Assembly (NCBI GenBank): GCA_965212025.1
Contig: OZ243039.1
Span: forward strand, 1,135,705-1,199,704
DNA: 64,000 nt
From: Candidatus Oxydemutatoraceae bacterium
Lineage (GTDB): Bacteria > Pseudomonadota > Gammaproteobacteria > Poriferisulfidales > Oxydemutatoraceae
Reading direction: 5' to 3'
Both the position numbers and the translations under genes were made by a program. Shown one piece after another: positions 11,234-20,498 of this stretch (its first letter is position 1; every line of letters begins with the position of its first letter). The notes under the pieces were generated by a model. The model searched no databases, was not told the DNA's origin, and worked only from the letters and a program-made list of their open reading frames with translations.

Positions 11234-11820
11234 GTATCCCGGTGCTGCTGGATCTGGGCATTGTGCTGCTATTCGCGGTTTCGATCTGGTGTGGTTACAA
11301 GTCTGGTGTTTCGGTGCGCTTGATCAAGGTTGCAAGCCTGGTGTTGGCACTCTACGCCGCGCTTCACGTTCCCATATTGTTGGGTTGGTTCCCCGACAGC
11401 TGGGTGGACGGTGGATTTGAGTTTTTCGATTATGAATTTGAGCCCGGCAAGATTCCGTACTGGTTGTTTGCGGCTCTGATTTTTGTCGCCGTCTGGATGG
11501 CTGGAAGGCTGGTCGCCAAGTTGTTTGAAGCGGCCCGGTCGAAAGGTAAGGGCGCAGGGCTGGATAATCTGCTTGGTGGGCTTTATGGTGCAGCGCGTGG
11601 CTTGGTTATTGCCGTGTTGATCGTGGGGCTTGCGCGGCTTAGCCCGACTATCGTTGAACACGAATTCTGGAAGCAGTCAGAGTTCGTTCCCAGGCTGGAA
11701 ATTTTGGTGGACAGAGTGCTGCAGGAAACTCCGGAGTGGTTCACCCAACTTTTTGAGCCGGTACAGGAGCATGTCGGGGAAGACACGATCGAAGACGTGT
11801 ACGAGGGAAATGGCTTATAA
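11230..11820 (+). CDS. cvpA: CvpA-family membrane protein (colicin V production protein homolog)
   Basis: 196-aa membrane protein with four hydrophobic helices, located between dedD and purF as in E. coli. The start codon is uncertain (TTG at 11230 or GTG at 11242). Confidence 0.7.
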   Translation: MSIPVLLDLGIVLLFAVSIWCGYKSGVSVRLIKVASLVLALYAALHVPILLGWFPDSWVDGGFEFFDYEFEPGKIPYWLFAALIFVAVWMAGRLVAKLFEAARSKGKGAGLDNLLGGLYGAARGLVIAVLIVGLARLSPTIVEHEFWKQSEFVPRLEILVDRVLQETPEWFTQLFEPVQEHVGEDTIEDVYEGNGL

Positions 11821-11832
11821 GGAGACGCTGAA

Positions 11833-13326
11833 ATGTGTGGCGTAGTTGGTATTTATGGCAAAAAGCCAGTGAGCCGGCGGCTGTACGATGCGTTGACCTG
11901 GCTTCAACACCGCGGTCAGGATGCGGCTGGAATTGTCAGCTGCGAAGACCGGAGTGTGCATGAGCGCCGTGGTATGGGCTATGTGCGGGATGTCTTTTCA
12001 GAAGCAGACCTTGCTGGCTTGCGAGGCAATACCGGCATCGGTCATGTGCGTTACCCGACTTCCGGGGTCCTGAGCCTCAAAGAAACACAGCCTTTTTACG
12101 TAAATTCTCCTTACGGCATTGCCCTTGCGCATAACGGCAACCTGGTCAACTCTGCGGCTTTGCGAGACGAATTGTTCAGGGATGATTTGCGCAATATCGA
12201 TACTTTCTGTGATTCGGAGGTGTTGCTGAACGTTTTCGCGCATGAAATGCTGGCAAAGCGCGAGTACCCCATCACGCCAGACGCGGTTTTCGAAGCGGTC
12301 TCAAGGGTGCACAAACGCTGCCAGGGGGCTTATGCCGCCGTGTTTCTTCTGGCGGGGCAGGGTCTGTTGTTTTTCCGCGATCCCAACGGTATTCGACCGC
12401 TGATTTACGGGAAGCGGGAAGGGAAGCGCGGAGTTGAGTACATGGTCGCGTCTGAAAGCGTGGCGCTGGTTTCGCAAGGATTTGTCATTGAGCGCGATGT
12501 ACGCCCCGGAGAAGCTGTTTTTATCAGCAAAGACAAAGTTTATGCACGGGATTGCGCGGCGCCACACAGCCGTTATCGCAGTTGTTTGTTTGAATATGTG
12601 TATCTGGCACGTCCGGACTCGATTGTCGACAATGTTTTTGTGCACAAGGCACGGATGCGGATGGGCGAATACTTGGCCGCGAAAATCCTGCGGGAGTTAC
12701 CTGAAAACGACATAGACGTGGTCATCCCTGTTCCCGACACCAGCCGTACTGCCGCTTTGGAACTGGCAGTGAATATTGATGTGTGTTATCGCGAGGGCTT
12801 CATCAAGAATCGTTTCATAGGGCGCACTTTCATCATGTCAGCCCAAAGGCTTCGCCAGAAATCGGTTCGCCAGAAGCTGAATCCTTTGGGCATAGAGTTC
12901 AAGGACAAAAACGTTTTGCTGGTTGATGATTCCATCGTGCGCGGGACAACTTCCCGGCAAATTGTCCGTATGGCGCGAGACGCCGGTGCGAAGAAAGTGT
13001 ATTTTGCATCGGCGGCTCCCCCCGTTTGCTTCCCTAATGTTTATGGTATCGACATGCCGTCACGGCGAGAATTGCTCGCCGCTGAAAGAAACACTGAGGA
13101 AATTGAAAAGATTCTTGGAGTTGACCGTATTTTTTATCAGGATCTTGATGATTTGGTTGCGTCAGTGCGGGCAGGGAATTCGGATTTGGAGCAGTTTGAA
13201 GCTTCCGTGTTTGATGGTAAATATCAACACGATGTCAGTCCTTCCTATTGGGAGAGCCAGAACGATGTGCGTGTGGAAAGACCAGGGACGATATTGACCA
13301 TGGCAAAAAATTCGGCGCGTGCCTGA
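11833..13326 (+). CDS. purF: Amidophosphoribosyltransferase
   Basis: 'MCGVVGIYG' provides the N-terminal nucleophile Cys of the glutamine amidotransferase class II domain. A PRTase domain 'VLLVDDSIVRGTTS' follows. Confidence 0.95.
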   Translation: MCGVVGIYGKKPVSRRLYDALTWLQHRGQDAAGIVSCEDRSVHERRGMGYVRDVFSEADLAGLRGNTGIGHVRYPTSGVLSLKETQPFYVNSPYGIALAHNGNLVNSAALRDELFRDDLRNIDTFCDSEVLLNVFAHEMLAKREYPITPDAVFEAVSRVHKRCQGAYAAVFLLAGQGLLFFRDPNGIRPLIYGKREGKRGVEYMVASESVALVSQGFVIERDVRPGEAVFISKDKVYARDCAAPHSRYRSCLFEYVYLARPDSIVDNVFVHKARMRMGEYLAAKILRELPENDIDVVIPVPDTSRTAALELAVNIDVCYREGFIKNRFIGRTFIMSAQRLRQKSVRQKLNPLGIEFKDKNVLLVDDSIVRGTTSRQIVRMARDAGAKKVYFASAAPPVCFPNVYGIDMPSRRELLAAERNTEEIEKILGVDRIFYQDLDDLVASVRAGNSDLEQFEASVFDGKYQHDVSPSYWESQNDVRVERPGTILTMAKNSARA

Positions 13327-13919
13327 TGTATTACGCTTCGGAGAGCCGCATTCAGTCCGGTTCGGAACCGGGGCGCCGTTGGCGATGGCTGGTGCGACGA
13401 CTGATTCGCCGACACCGGTGTGGCGCGCTTCCACTGGTGCTGGTCAATCTGGACGAACAGCGTCTTTTTTTCTATCGGCAGGGGCGTCCGGATGCCTGTT
13501 ATCCGGTTTCCACGTCTCGCTTTGGTGCCGGGAACATTGAGCACTCTCTGAGAACACCGCTTGGGGTTCATCGGGTATCTGAATTGATCGGCGCGGATGC
13601 GCCACCTTTGACAGTGTTTAGGGCGCGGAAGGCAAGTGGAGAAGTTGCCACGATAAACGACCCGTCTCAGGAAGGAGCAGACCTGATTTGTTCGCGCGTT
13701 GTCCGCTTGGCCGGGCTGGAACCGGGCACCAATCAGGGTGGAGACTGCGACAGTGAGCAGCGAAACATTTATATCCATGGAACCTGGGATGAAGAGCGTG
13801 TCGGCACACCAGCTTCCAACGGCTGTGTACGCATGAAGAACCAGGATGTCATTGTGCTTTTTGACCAGCTTGTGGTGGGCTCACTGGTACATTTCTTTAC
13901 TGACAAAGCCCGTTTTTGA
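13326..13919 (+). CDS. L,D-transpeptidase (YkuD family)
   Basis: C-terminal catalytic motif 'IYIHGTWDEERVGTPASNGCVRMKNQDV' (His...Cys). The ATG at 13326 overlaps the purF stop (TGATG). Confidence 0.75.
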   Translation: MYYASESRIQSGSEPGRRWRWLVRRLIRRHRCGALPLVLVNLDEQRLFFYRQGRPDACYPVSTSRFGAGNIEHSLRTPLGVHRVSELIGADAPPLTVFRARKASGEVATINDPSQEGADLICSRVVRLAGLEPGTNQGGDCDSEQRNIYIHGTWDEERVGTPASNGCVRMKNQDVIVLFDQLVVGSLVHFFTDKARF

Positions 13920-13976
13920 GTCGCCGTACCGGGGTATGAGAACGATGTATGTACGGATGCCCGTGCCTGAAGTTCC

Positions 13977-15239
13977 TTGGTGTCCCAGTCCATAACAGAA
14001 AGCCGCACCAGCCTGGTGGAAATTTACCGTGCCGCGCTTGACCGCGTGCAGGGAACGCCGGTTGTTCGTGAATACCTGAGTCGATCTCCCTTGCCAAATC
14101 CTGTGCATCTGGTGGCGGTCGGGAAGGCAGCGTCGGCGATGGGCCTGGGCGCGTTCCAGGCTTTGGGAGACAAAATCAGCAGCGGTCTGGTGATTACCAA
14201 AAGCGGCCATCTAGACGAAGCACTCGTGCGGCTAAAAAATTTCCGGTGCCTGGAATCTGATCATCCGGTGCCCGGAGTTGCCAGCCTGCGCGCCGGGGCG
14301 GTATTGCTGGAATATGTGAAGGAGCGCGCAAAGCGCAACCAGGATCTGCTGTTTCTGCTTTCCGGTGGTGCCTCAAGTTTGGTGGAAGTCCTTCCCGACA
14401 CCATGCGTCTTGAAGATTTCAGAACACTGACCAGCCGCATGCTGGCGACCGATTTGGACATTCAGCGCATCAATACGGTACGCCGCGCCATTTCTAAAAT
14501 CAAAGGAGGTCGTCTGGCGACTCACCTGAAGGGATGTCGGGTGCTGAGCTTGTTAATTTCAGACGTGCCGGGAGATGATCCTGCGGTGATCGGTTCGGGA
14601 CTTTTGACTCCGGTCAGAGAAACGCTTGATCTGGATTCCTATCCCGGGAAAGTGCGTGAACTGCTAGGGGACTTAAAGGTTTGCGAGGTTCCCGGTGACG
14701 AGTGCTTTGCGGGCATGGAAACGCATATTGTTGCGTGCCTTGGTGATGCGAAGCAGGCGGCGGCAAAACATGCCCGTGCGCTTGGTTTTCAGGTTTCGGT
14801 CGCGCCGGAATTTATGGCAGGAGAGGTGGGAGCAACAGCCAGGGCAATGGTGCGCCAGCTTCAACAGCACAGCGGAGTGTTGTGGATCTGGGGTGGCGAA
14901 ACTTGGGTTGAATTGCCGGCGAATCCGGCGCGTGGTGGACGCAATCAGCACTTGGCTTTGGTGGCAGCCATGGAGCTACAGGGAAGGCAGCAGCAAGTGT
15001 TGCTTAGTGCCGGTACAGATGGCACAGATGGAGCAACAAACGATGCCGGTGCCATAGTGGACGGAGAAACAGTGCGCAGGGGTGCGGCTTTGGGCATGGA
15101 CGCCGGTGATTTTCTGAGACGCGCCGATGCCGGGAACTTTCTTGCCGCTACGGGCGATTTGATTACGACCGGACCGACCGGGACTAACGTCATGGACTTG
15201 ACCATCGGTGTAAACCTGGATGCCGTAGTTTCGGCCTGA
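13977..15239 (+). CDS. Glycerate 2-kinase (MOFRL/GckA-TtuD family)
   Basis: A 420-aa protein from the MOFRL family. Conserved blocks include 'LVAVGKAASAM', 'LLSGGASSLV', 'ISKIKGGRL' and 'SAGTDGTDGATNDAGA'. Confidence 0.8.
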   Translation: MVSQSITESRTSLVEIYRAALDRVQGTPVVREYLSRSPLPNPVHLVAVGKAASAMGLGAFQALGDKISSGLVITKSGHLDEALVRLKNFRCLESDHPVPGVASLRAGAVLLEYVKERAKRNQDLLFLLSGGASSLVEVLPDTMRLEDFRTLTSRMLATDLDIQRINTVRRAISKIKGGRLATHLKGCRVLSLLISDVPGDDPAVIGSGLLTPVRETLDLDSYPGKVRELLGDLKVCEVPGDECFAGMETHIVACLGDAKQAAAKHARALGFQVSVAPEFMAGEVGATARAMVRQLQQHSGVLWIWGGETWVELPANPARGGRNQHLALVAAMELQGRQQQVLLSAGTDGTDGATNDAGAIVDGETVRRGAALGMDAGDFLRRADAGNFLAATGDLITTGPTGTNVMDLTIGVNLDAVVSA

Positions 15240-15551
15240 TATTCCTGACTTCCCCCCAAGCGACTTTCGGTACAGACAGAGAGATTTTTCCGTAACCTGG
15301 CGCAAAGGCGCCATCATTGTGAAAGGCCTGAAGTTTGCAGGAATGCTCGCAAGCTGAAAGCTTGCGTCGTGGCTCATGGGGAAGGTCAAGAGATCACACC
15401 TGATGCACGTTGTTTGGAAATGCGGCGTCAGCTTGTGCTGGGTCTGCGGTCGTAATTCTTGGCCGCTTCCAATTCAAGAAAGGTGGATTCAAGAGGACAC
15501 TCAGTCGTACAGTCAAATGGCGAGCAAGGATGGGGAGAGAACAATCTGACC

Positions 15552-16846
15552 ATGGCAAGAATAGAAGGATTAAAGATTCAAAATTATCGAGTACTGAAAG
15601 ACGTGACGCTTGGAAAACTGTGCAATACGTAAAAAGCCGACCCACTGACGCCCATGACGGTGGTTATCGGGAAAAACGGTGCTGGGAAGAGCGCACTGCT
15701 CGATGCTTTCGGTTTTTTGGCTGATTGTTTGAAACCAGGTGTCGCGGATGCGTGTAACCATAGAGGGCGGGGAGGACTTACCGTGTCCGTTCTCAAGGAA
15801 GTAGCGACCCCATTGTGTTTGAGATCTATTATCGGCAGGGGAAGAAGGATCGCCCAATCACTTATGAAGTTGGAATCAATGAGGATTCGGATGGTCGCCC
15901 CTACGTAGCAAAAGAGCGGCTCCGCCAGCGGCGAAAAGGACAAAAACGAGGGCAACCCTTCTCCTTTTTCAGGTTGGTGAAAGGTACGGGATTCGTGTGG
16001 ACAGGGGAGATGCAGGCAACTGAGCGTGATGATAGCGTGGCGGATTCAGAGTGAAAAAATTATTGTCTTAAATCTCCTCCAGACATAGCAAGTGAAGAAC
16101 AGGAAAGTGGCAAAAAAGAGTTTGTTGAGCTATACAACAGACAAAGACTAGGTATCGCGACCTTTGGTTCTTTGAAGCAGCATCCCCGAATATCTGTGCT
16201 TCGGGAGTTTATTGAAAGCTGGTATTTGAGTTATTTCACGCCAGATGCTGCCCGCGATTCGCCTTTGGCCGGGTCGCAAAGGCATTTGAATACCCATGGT
16301 GACAACCTTGGCAATGTTGTGCAGTTCATGGAAGGTGAACACCCCGAAGAATTCAGTCGTGTACTGGAGAGAATTGCTGCCAAAATCCCGGGGATTGAAA
16401 AAATAGACACAATCGTGAGCATAGACCAGCGGGTGTTGCTCCGTTTCAAGGAGAAGGGCTTTTCTGATCATTTTTACGCCCAGCAAATGTCCGACGGCAC
16501 GCTGAAAGTCTTTGCCTATTTGTTGTTGCTGGAAGACCAGAAGCCGCCGCCATTCATTTGCATAGAAGAGCCAGAAAATGGTCTTTACCACAAGCTTTTG
16601 GATGTTTTGGCAATAGAATTTCGCAAATATACTGTCCACAATAATAATAACGTGCAGCTGTTCATCACCACTCATCAGCCATATTTTGTAAATGCGCTAA
16701 GCCCGGACGAGGTTTGGGTTCTCAAGAAAGGCTCAAATGGTTTTTCGGAGATTTCCAGAGCAAGTGGCAACAACGAGATTGTCGCTTTGGTAGGAGAGGA
16801 GTTCCCGCTTGGAGAACTTTGGCATGGCGAATATTTGGAGGATTAG
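15552..16846 (+). pseudogene. OLD/AAA_21-like ABC-type ATPase, disrupted by at least 2 frameshifts and 1 in-frame TGA
   Basis: Three fragments are visible. 'MARIEGLKIQNYRVLKDVTLGKL' (15552-) resembles the N-terminal strand. The next fragment carries a Walker A P-loop 'VVIGKNGAGKSALLDAFGFL'. The last fragment carries a Walker B/D-loop 'PPFICIEEPENGLYHKLL' and H-loop 'LFITTHQPYF'. The pieces sit in different frames, and the frame of 15815..16054 continues into 16172..16846 across a single TGA at 16052-54. The region has lower GC than its flanks. Confidence 0.75.
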
Positions 16847-17523
16847 TCTCGGTACGGGAAGTGTGTCAATGCATATTCGGGTACATATCGGAGATAAATC
16901 GGGGAAGATCTTGCTGAATTCTGTTATGGGGAAAATTATTCAAGGGTCGACAGGCCACTCTTACAAAGTCCATTGCCATCCTGGTGAAGGTCACATTCCG
17001 AAAAAGGAAACCAAAAGCCCAAAACCGAACAAGCAGGGTTTGCTGAATAGACTGCCTAATATTGTTGAGAGGGTTGGGTAAATGCCCAAAAGAAGCTAAT
17101 GCTGTAGTCGTGGTCATGGATTTGGACGATCGTAACTGCCGGGAATTGAAGAAAAAATTATGCGACATCCTGGAGAGCTGCAAACCAGCACCCAGAACAA
17201 AATTCAGGTTTGCGATAGAGGAAACGGAGGCTTGGTTACTGGGAGACCCTAAGGCCATAGAAGCGGCCTGCCCGAAGTGGGACGCTTCAGCCTTGGCTGG
17301 TTATACCCCAAGACAGCATTTGTGGTACGTGGGAAAAGCTGGCGGCATTCATCCAAATGGGTCGAAAGAATTGAAAAAAAAGGGATACCCCTTTGTTGGG
17401 CAATATAAATGCGAGTGGGCGGAAAAAATTGCTCCTTATATGGATGTGGAAAATAATCAATCGAAAAGTTTCCAGGTTTTTCGTGACACTGTCAGAGAAC
17501 TGATAACTCCCAAAACTGTTTGA
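16824..17523 (+). pseudogene. Small partner protein of the ATPase (DUF4276/RloB-like, putative Toprim-like nuclease component), frameshifted near 17060-17080
   Basis: The ATG at 16824 overlaps the ATPase stop, suggesting translational coupling. The C-terminal half has 'AVVVVMDLDDRNCRE...FAIEETEAWLLGDPKAIEAA', which resembles the conserved E-x-E-A-W-L tail of DUF4276 proteins that partner with AAA_21/OLD ATPases. The reading frame switches at about 17062-17081. Confidence 0.5.
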
Positions 17524-17646
17524 TGGGGGGCACCTGACGGTTCAAAGTCCTGCTTGTGGGGTGGGTGGTGCTTTTGGACATTCATGTCTCCTTCATGCTC
17601 CGGCGCTTAGAGACTAAGCCCCTGCTGCGGCCGGCTCGGATCGCTC

Positions 17647-18369
17647 TCATGACGTTTTTCGTAGTTGCGCCTCGCCGTTTGTGACGCTGAGAACCTGACC
17701 GCCTTGCTCCCAGTCGCCAAGGACGAAGCGTCGGGCTTGGTATCTGCCCAGGTTGAATTCGTGTACGGCAGGGCGGTGCGTGTGACCGTGTATCAGCTGA
17801 TCCACCCTAAATCGCTGCATGTAGAACTCAACCGTTTTCTGGTTGACATCCATAATGTGGCTTTCCAGGTTTCTTTTTTTCCTGGCCTCGCTTTTACTTC
17901 GCAAGTAGGTGGAAATTTTTTTTCTGCGAGCCAGTGGCAGGGACTTGAAAATCCATTTCGAAAGGGGATTTTGCACCCACAGGCGGAAAACCTGGTACGC
18001 AGTGTCATCGGTGCAAAACACGTCTCCGTGCGTGATCAAGGTGCGTCTGCCGCCCAGTCTGACCACCGATAGCTGAGATAGCAGCTTACAGCCGCTTCTA
18101 CGCGCAAATTTGCGCCCAATGAGAAAATCACGGTTGCCATGGATAAAATAAATGGGCAGCTCCTTGCGTAGCTTCCGTAAGGCGGCAACGACAACCTCAA
18201 GTTCCGGTGCCATGGCGTCGTCCCCGATCCAGCTGTCAAAAAGATCGCCGAGGATATAAAGAGCCTTGGCTCCGGGAACCTCTTCTGCCAGATAGAGAAG
18301 AAAACGATCTGTGGTTTTCGGTCGTGCCGGGCTGAGATGGCAATCGGAAACGAATTCAATTCGACTCAT
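17647..18369 (-). CDS. lpxH: UDP-2,3-diacylglucosamine diphosphatase
   Basis: Calcineurin-like metallophosphoesterase motifs 'FVSDCHL', 'YILGDLFDSWIGDD', 'FIHGNRDFL' and 'LITHGDVFCTDD'. The ppiB-lpxH arrangement matches E. coli. Confidence 0.9.
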   Translation of the reverse strand: MSRIEFVSDCHLSPARPKTTDRFLLYLAEEVPGAKALYILGDLFDSWIGDDAMAPELEVVVAALRKLRKELPIYFIHGNRDFLIGRKFARRSGCKLLSQLSVVRLGGRRTLITHGDVFCTDDTAYQVFRLWVQNPLSKWIFKSLPLARRKKISTYLRSKSEARKKRNLESHIMDVNQKTVEFYMQRFRVDQLIHGHTHRPAVHEFNLGRYQARRFVLGDWEQGGQVLSVTNGEAQLRKTS

Positions 18370-18435
18370 GAAAATTTATTTCGCCGTCGCGAATTCCGCA
18401 TGGCAGAGACAGACCAGCTGTCGGCGACAACAGGG

Positions 18436-19077
18436 CTACTGTTTGAGCAACTCTGCCTTTTCAATCGTCACGGGCTGTTTTGGTACGTCGCTATGCCCCT
18501 TGGCCCTTCCTGTGGGTACGCCGGCAATTTTATCGACGACATCCATGCCTTGAGCAACCTTCCCGAAAACCGCGTATCCCCATCCTTGTTGGTTTTTGCC
18601 CGTGAAATCCAGAGAACTGTTATCAGACAGGTTAATGAAAAATTGCGAGCTGGCCGAATGGGGATCTCCGGAGCGCGCCATGGCCAGGGTGCCGCGCCGG
18701 TTCTTCAAGTCGTTATGGGCTTCATTCTGAATGGTTTTTGCAGTGGGCTTTTGTTGCATCTGAGCGGTAAATCCCCCGCCTTGGATAACAAAGCCAGAAA
18801 TGACGCGGTGAAAAATCGTGTGGTCATAAAAACCGTTTTTTACGTAAGCCAGGAAGTTTGCTACAGTTTCCGGTGCCTTTTCCTGAAAAAGCTCAATTTC
18901 CACGTTCCCCATGCTGGTTTTTAACAATACTTTCGGGTTATTGCTGACCAATGTTTTTGGCTCATCGCCTGGATTGCCTTTAGCTTGACCGCCTCCGTTT
19001 TCGGAACAGGCCGTCACCATTGCAAACCCAATCAAGGCCATTCCCAAAGTGGCAACGTTACTGTGGTGTTTTTCCAT
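18436..19077 (-). CDS. ppiB: Peptidyl-prolyl cis-trans isomerase, cyclophilin type (lipoprotein/periplasmic)
   Basis: Cyclophilin core 'FHRVISGFVIQGGGF...GTLAMARSGDPHSASSQFFINL' with an N-terminal signal ending in 'VTACS' (lipobox-like). Confidence 0.88.
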   Translation of the reverse strand: MEKHHSNVATLGMALIGFAMVTACSENGGGQAKGNPGDEPKTLVSNNPKVLLKTSMGNVEIELFQEKAPETVANFLAYVKNGFYDHTIFHRVISGFVIQGGGFTAQMQQKPTAKTIQNEAHNDLKNRRGTLAMARSGDPHSASSQFFINLSDNSSLDFTGKNQQGWGYAVFGKVAQGMDVVDKIAGVPTGRAKGHSDVPKQPVTIEKAELLKQ

Positions 19078-19264
19078 GCTAAAGCTCCTGAAATGCTAAA
19101 GTTTTCAATGTTACCAGAGGATGGATCTGAATCTCTTGTGTACATCGCTTCTGGCAAAGGTGCACGGTACGGCGACATTGGTAAATTTTCAGCACGGTAC
19201 GTGAGTCTTGGGAGTACCATGACCCTTTTGCATAAGGTTTTTTAGAAGAAATGTCCGGAAACAA

Positions 19265-19744
19265 ATGCGTCGCCGCGTAAAGCGGCAGCCGGGATTGATC
19301 GCCGGTAATCCTCGGGCACGCCACGACTATCATATTGAGAAGACTTATGAGGCAGGGATCAGTCTGTTGGGTTGGGAAGTCAAAAGCCTGCGTTCTGGCC
19401 GCCTCTCATTGAAGGGCAGCTTTGTGCAAATGAGAAATCAGGAAGCGTTCTTGATTGCGTCACATATTTCGCCATTGGACACTTGTCCGGCGTACATGGA
19501 AGCTAATGCCACGAGAGCACGGAAGCTGTTGCTGAACAAGATTGAATTGCGCCGTATGTATGCCGCCTTGGAACAACAGGGCTACTCCCTGATTCCAGTT
19601 CGTGCCTATTGGCGCAAAAACCGTGCGAAGCTGGAGATTGGCCTGGGAAAGGGCAAAAAGCTCTACGACAAGCGGGCGGTTTCACGCGAGCGCGACTGGG
19701 CAAGAGAAAAGGATCGAATACTTAAGAAAGACATCAAGCTCTAA
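19265..19744 (+). CDS. smpB: SsrA-binding protein
   Basis: 'ARHDYHIEKTYEAGISLLGWEVKSLRSGRLSLKGSFV...LLLNKIELRRMY' is the canonical SmpB sequence. Confidence 0.92.
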   Translation: MRRRVKRQPGLIAGNPRARHDYHIEKTYEAGISLLGWEVKSLRSGRLSLKGSFVQMRNQEAFLIASHISPLDTCPAYMEANATRARKLLLNKIELRRMYAALEQQGYSLIPVRAYWRKNRAKLEIGLGKGKKLYDKRAVSRERDWAREKDRILKKDIKL

Positions 19745-19846
19745 AGTCCCCGCTTCCGCAGGCTTTCTGTGGTGACTGCTAAAATTGTGGCAATCGGACT
19801 GATTGGGCTTGAGGTCAAAACCGATGCCCGCAGAAATGTCAGGAGA

Positions 19847-20488
19847 CTATTTTTTCCGACTCAGCCGTATTGACTGTGTGCCCAGATGATCCTGAAGTAA
19901 CCTGAGCATATCGGCTTCCGCGCTTCCGGAGCTTCCCTGCTTTTTCCAGCCTCCGCCGACCCTGACTTCTTGCACATAGCTTAGAGAAGTCATGGTGCCG
20001 CCTTTTTGATTGCTGCGAAGCTGTTGCACAAACCGGTCGCGCTGGGTTGCCTGGCGTGAACCGTCAGGTGATTTCTTCTCCCGCCAGCGGGTCAGGAGAT
20101 AGCCTCGTTCTTTGCTCTGTTTTTCCACTTGGTAGCCATAGCGCTTCCAGAAACCCTGTACCCTCGACCAGACCACCGACTGCGGCGAGTCGGTTTCCAG
20201 CCATGTTTTGGAGCCGGTTTTTCGCAGGTGGGCAGTGGCCGAAGCAACACGGACGACGCGGGTTTTTTTGCGCAGTGCCTGGTGATCGGTCAACATGAAG
20301 TGATCTGAGCCTTTCGGCTTGTCCAGACCGGGTGGCATTTCCAGTTCGTGGTTTTCTTCCACCATATAAGCTTCCGCCTTAAAAAAGGGAGATTGCAATT
20401 CATCGAAAAAGCTTTCTTTACCTGAACAGCCGGCCAGCACTGCGCAAAGAAACAAGATAGGTCTGAGAGTCATATTTTTAGTTCGCAA
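19847..20488 (-). CDS. bamC: Outer-membrane protein assembly factor BamC-like lipoprotein
   Basis: Lipoprotein signal 'LFLCAVLAGCSG' and a position immediately downstream of dapA on the same strand, matching the conserved dapA-bamC operon. Shorter than E. coli BamC, so the homology call is moderate. Confidence 0.55.
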   Translation of the reverse strand: MRTKNMTLRPILFLCAVLAGCSGKESFFDELQSPFFKAEAYMVEENHELEMPPGLDKPKGSDHFMLTDHQALRKKTRVVRVASATAHLRKTGSKTWLETDSPQSVVWSRVQGFWKRYGYQVEKQSKERGYLLTRWREKKSPDGSRQATQRDRFVQQLRSNQKGGTMTSLSYVQEVRVGGGWKKQGSSGSAEADMLRLLQDHLGTQSIRLSRKK

Positions 20489-20498
20489 AGTGTTTCCT

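Noticed and set aside
16809-17081. N-terminal half of the ATPase partner as a confident DUF4276 match
   Set aside because: The expected N-terminal 'IxVEGxTE' acidic motif is not evident ('HIRVHIGDKSGKILL' is only a weak resemblance). Only the C-terminal EAWL tail supports the family, so that assignment is kept at moderate confidence.
19745-19846. Looked for ssrA (tmRNA) downstream of smpB
   Set aside because: No GGGGCUGAUUCUGGAUUCGACGGG 5' end or tRNA-like 3' end (GGUUCAA.UCC...CCACCA) is present, so ssrA must be elsewhere.
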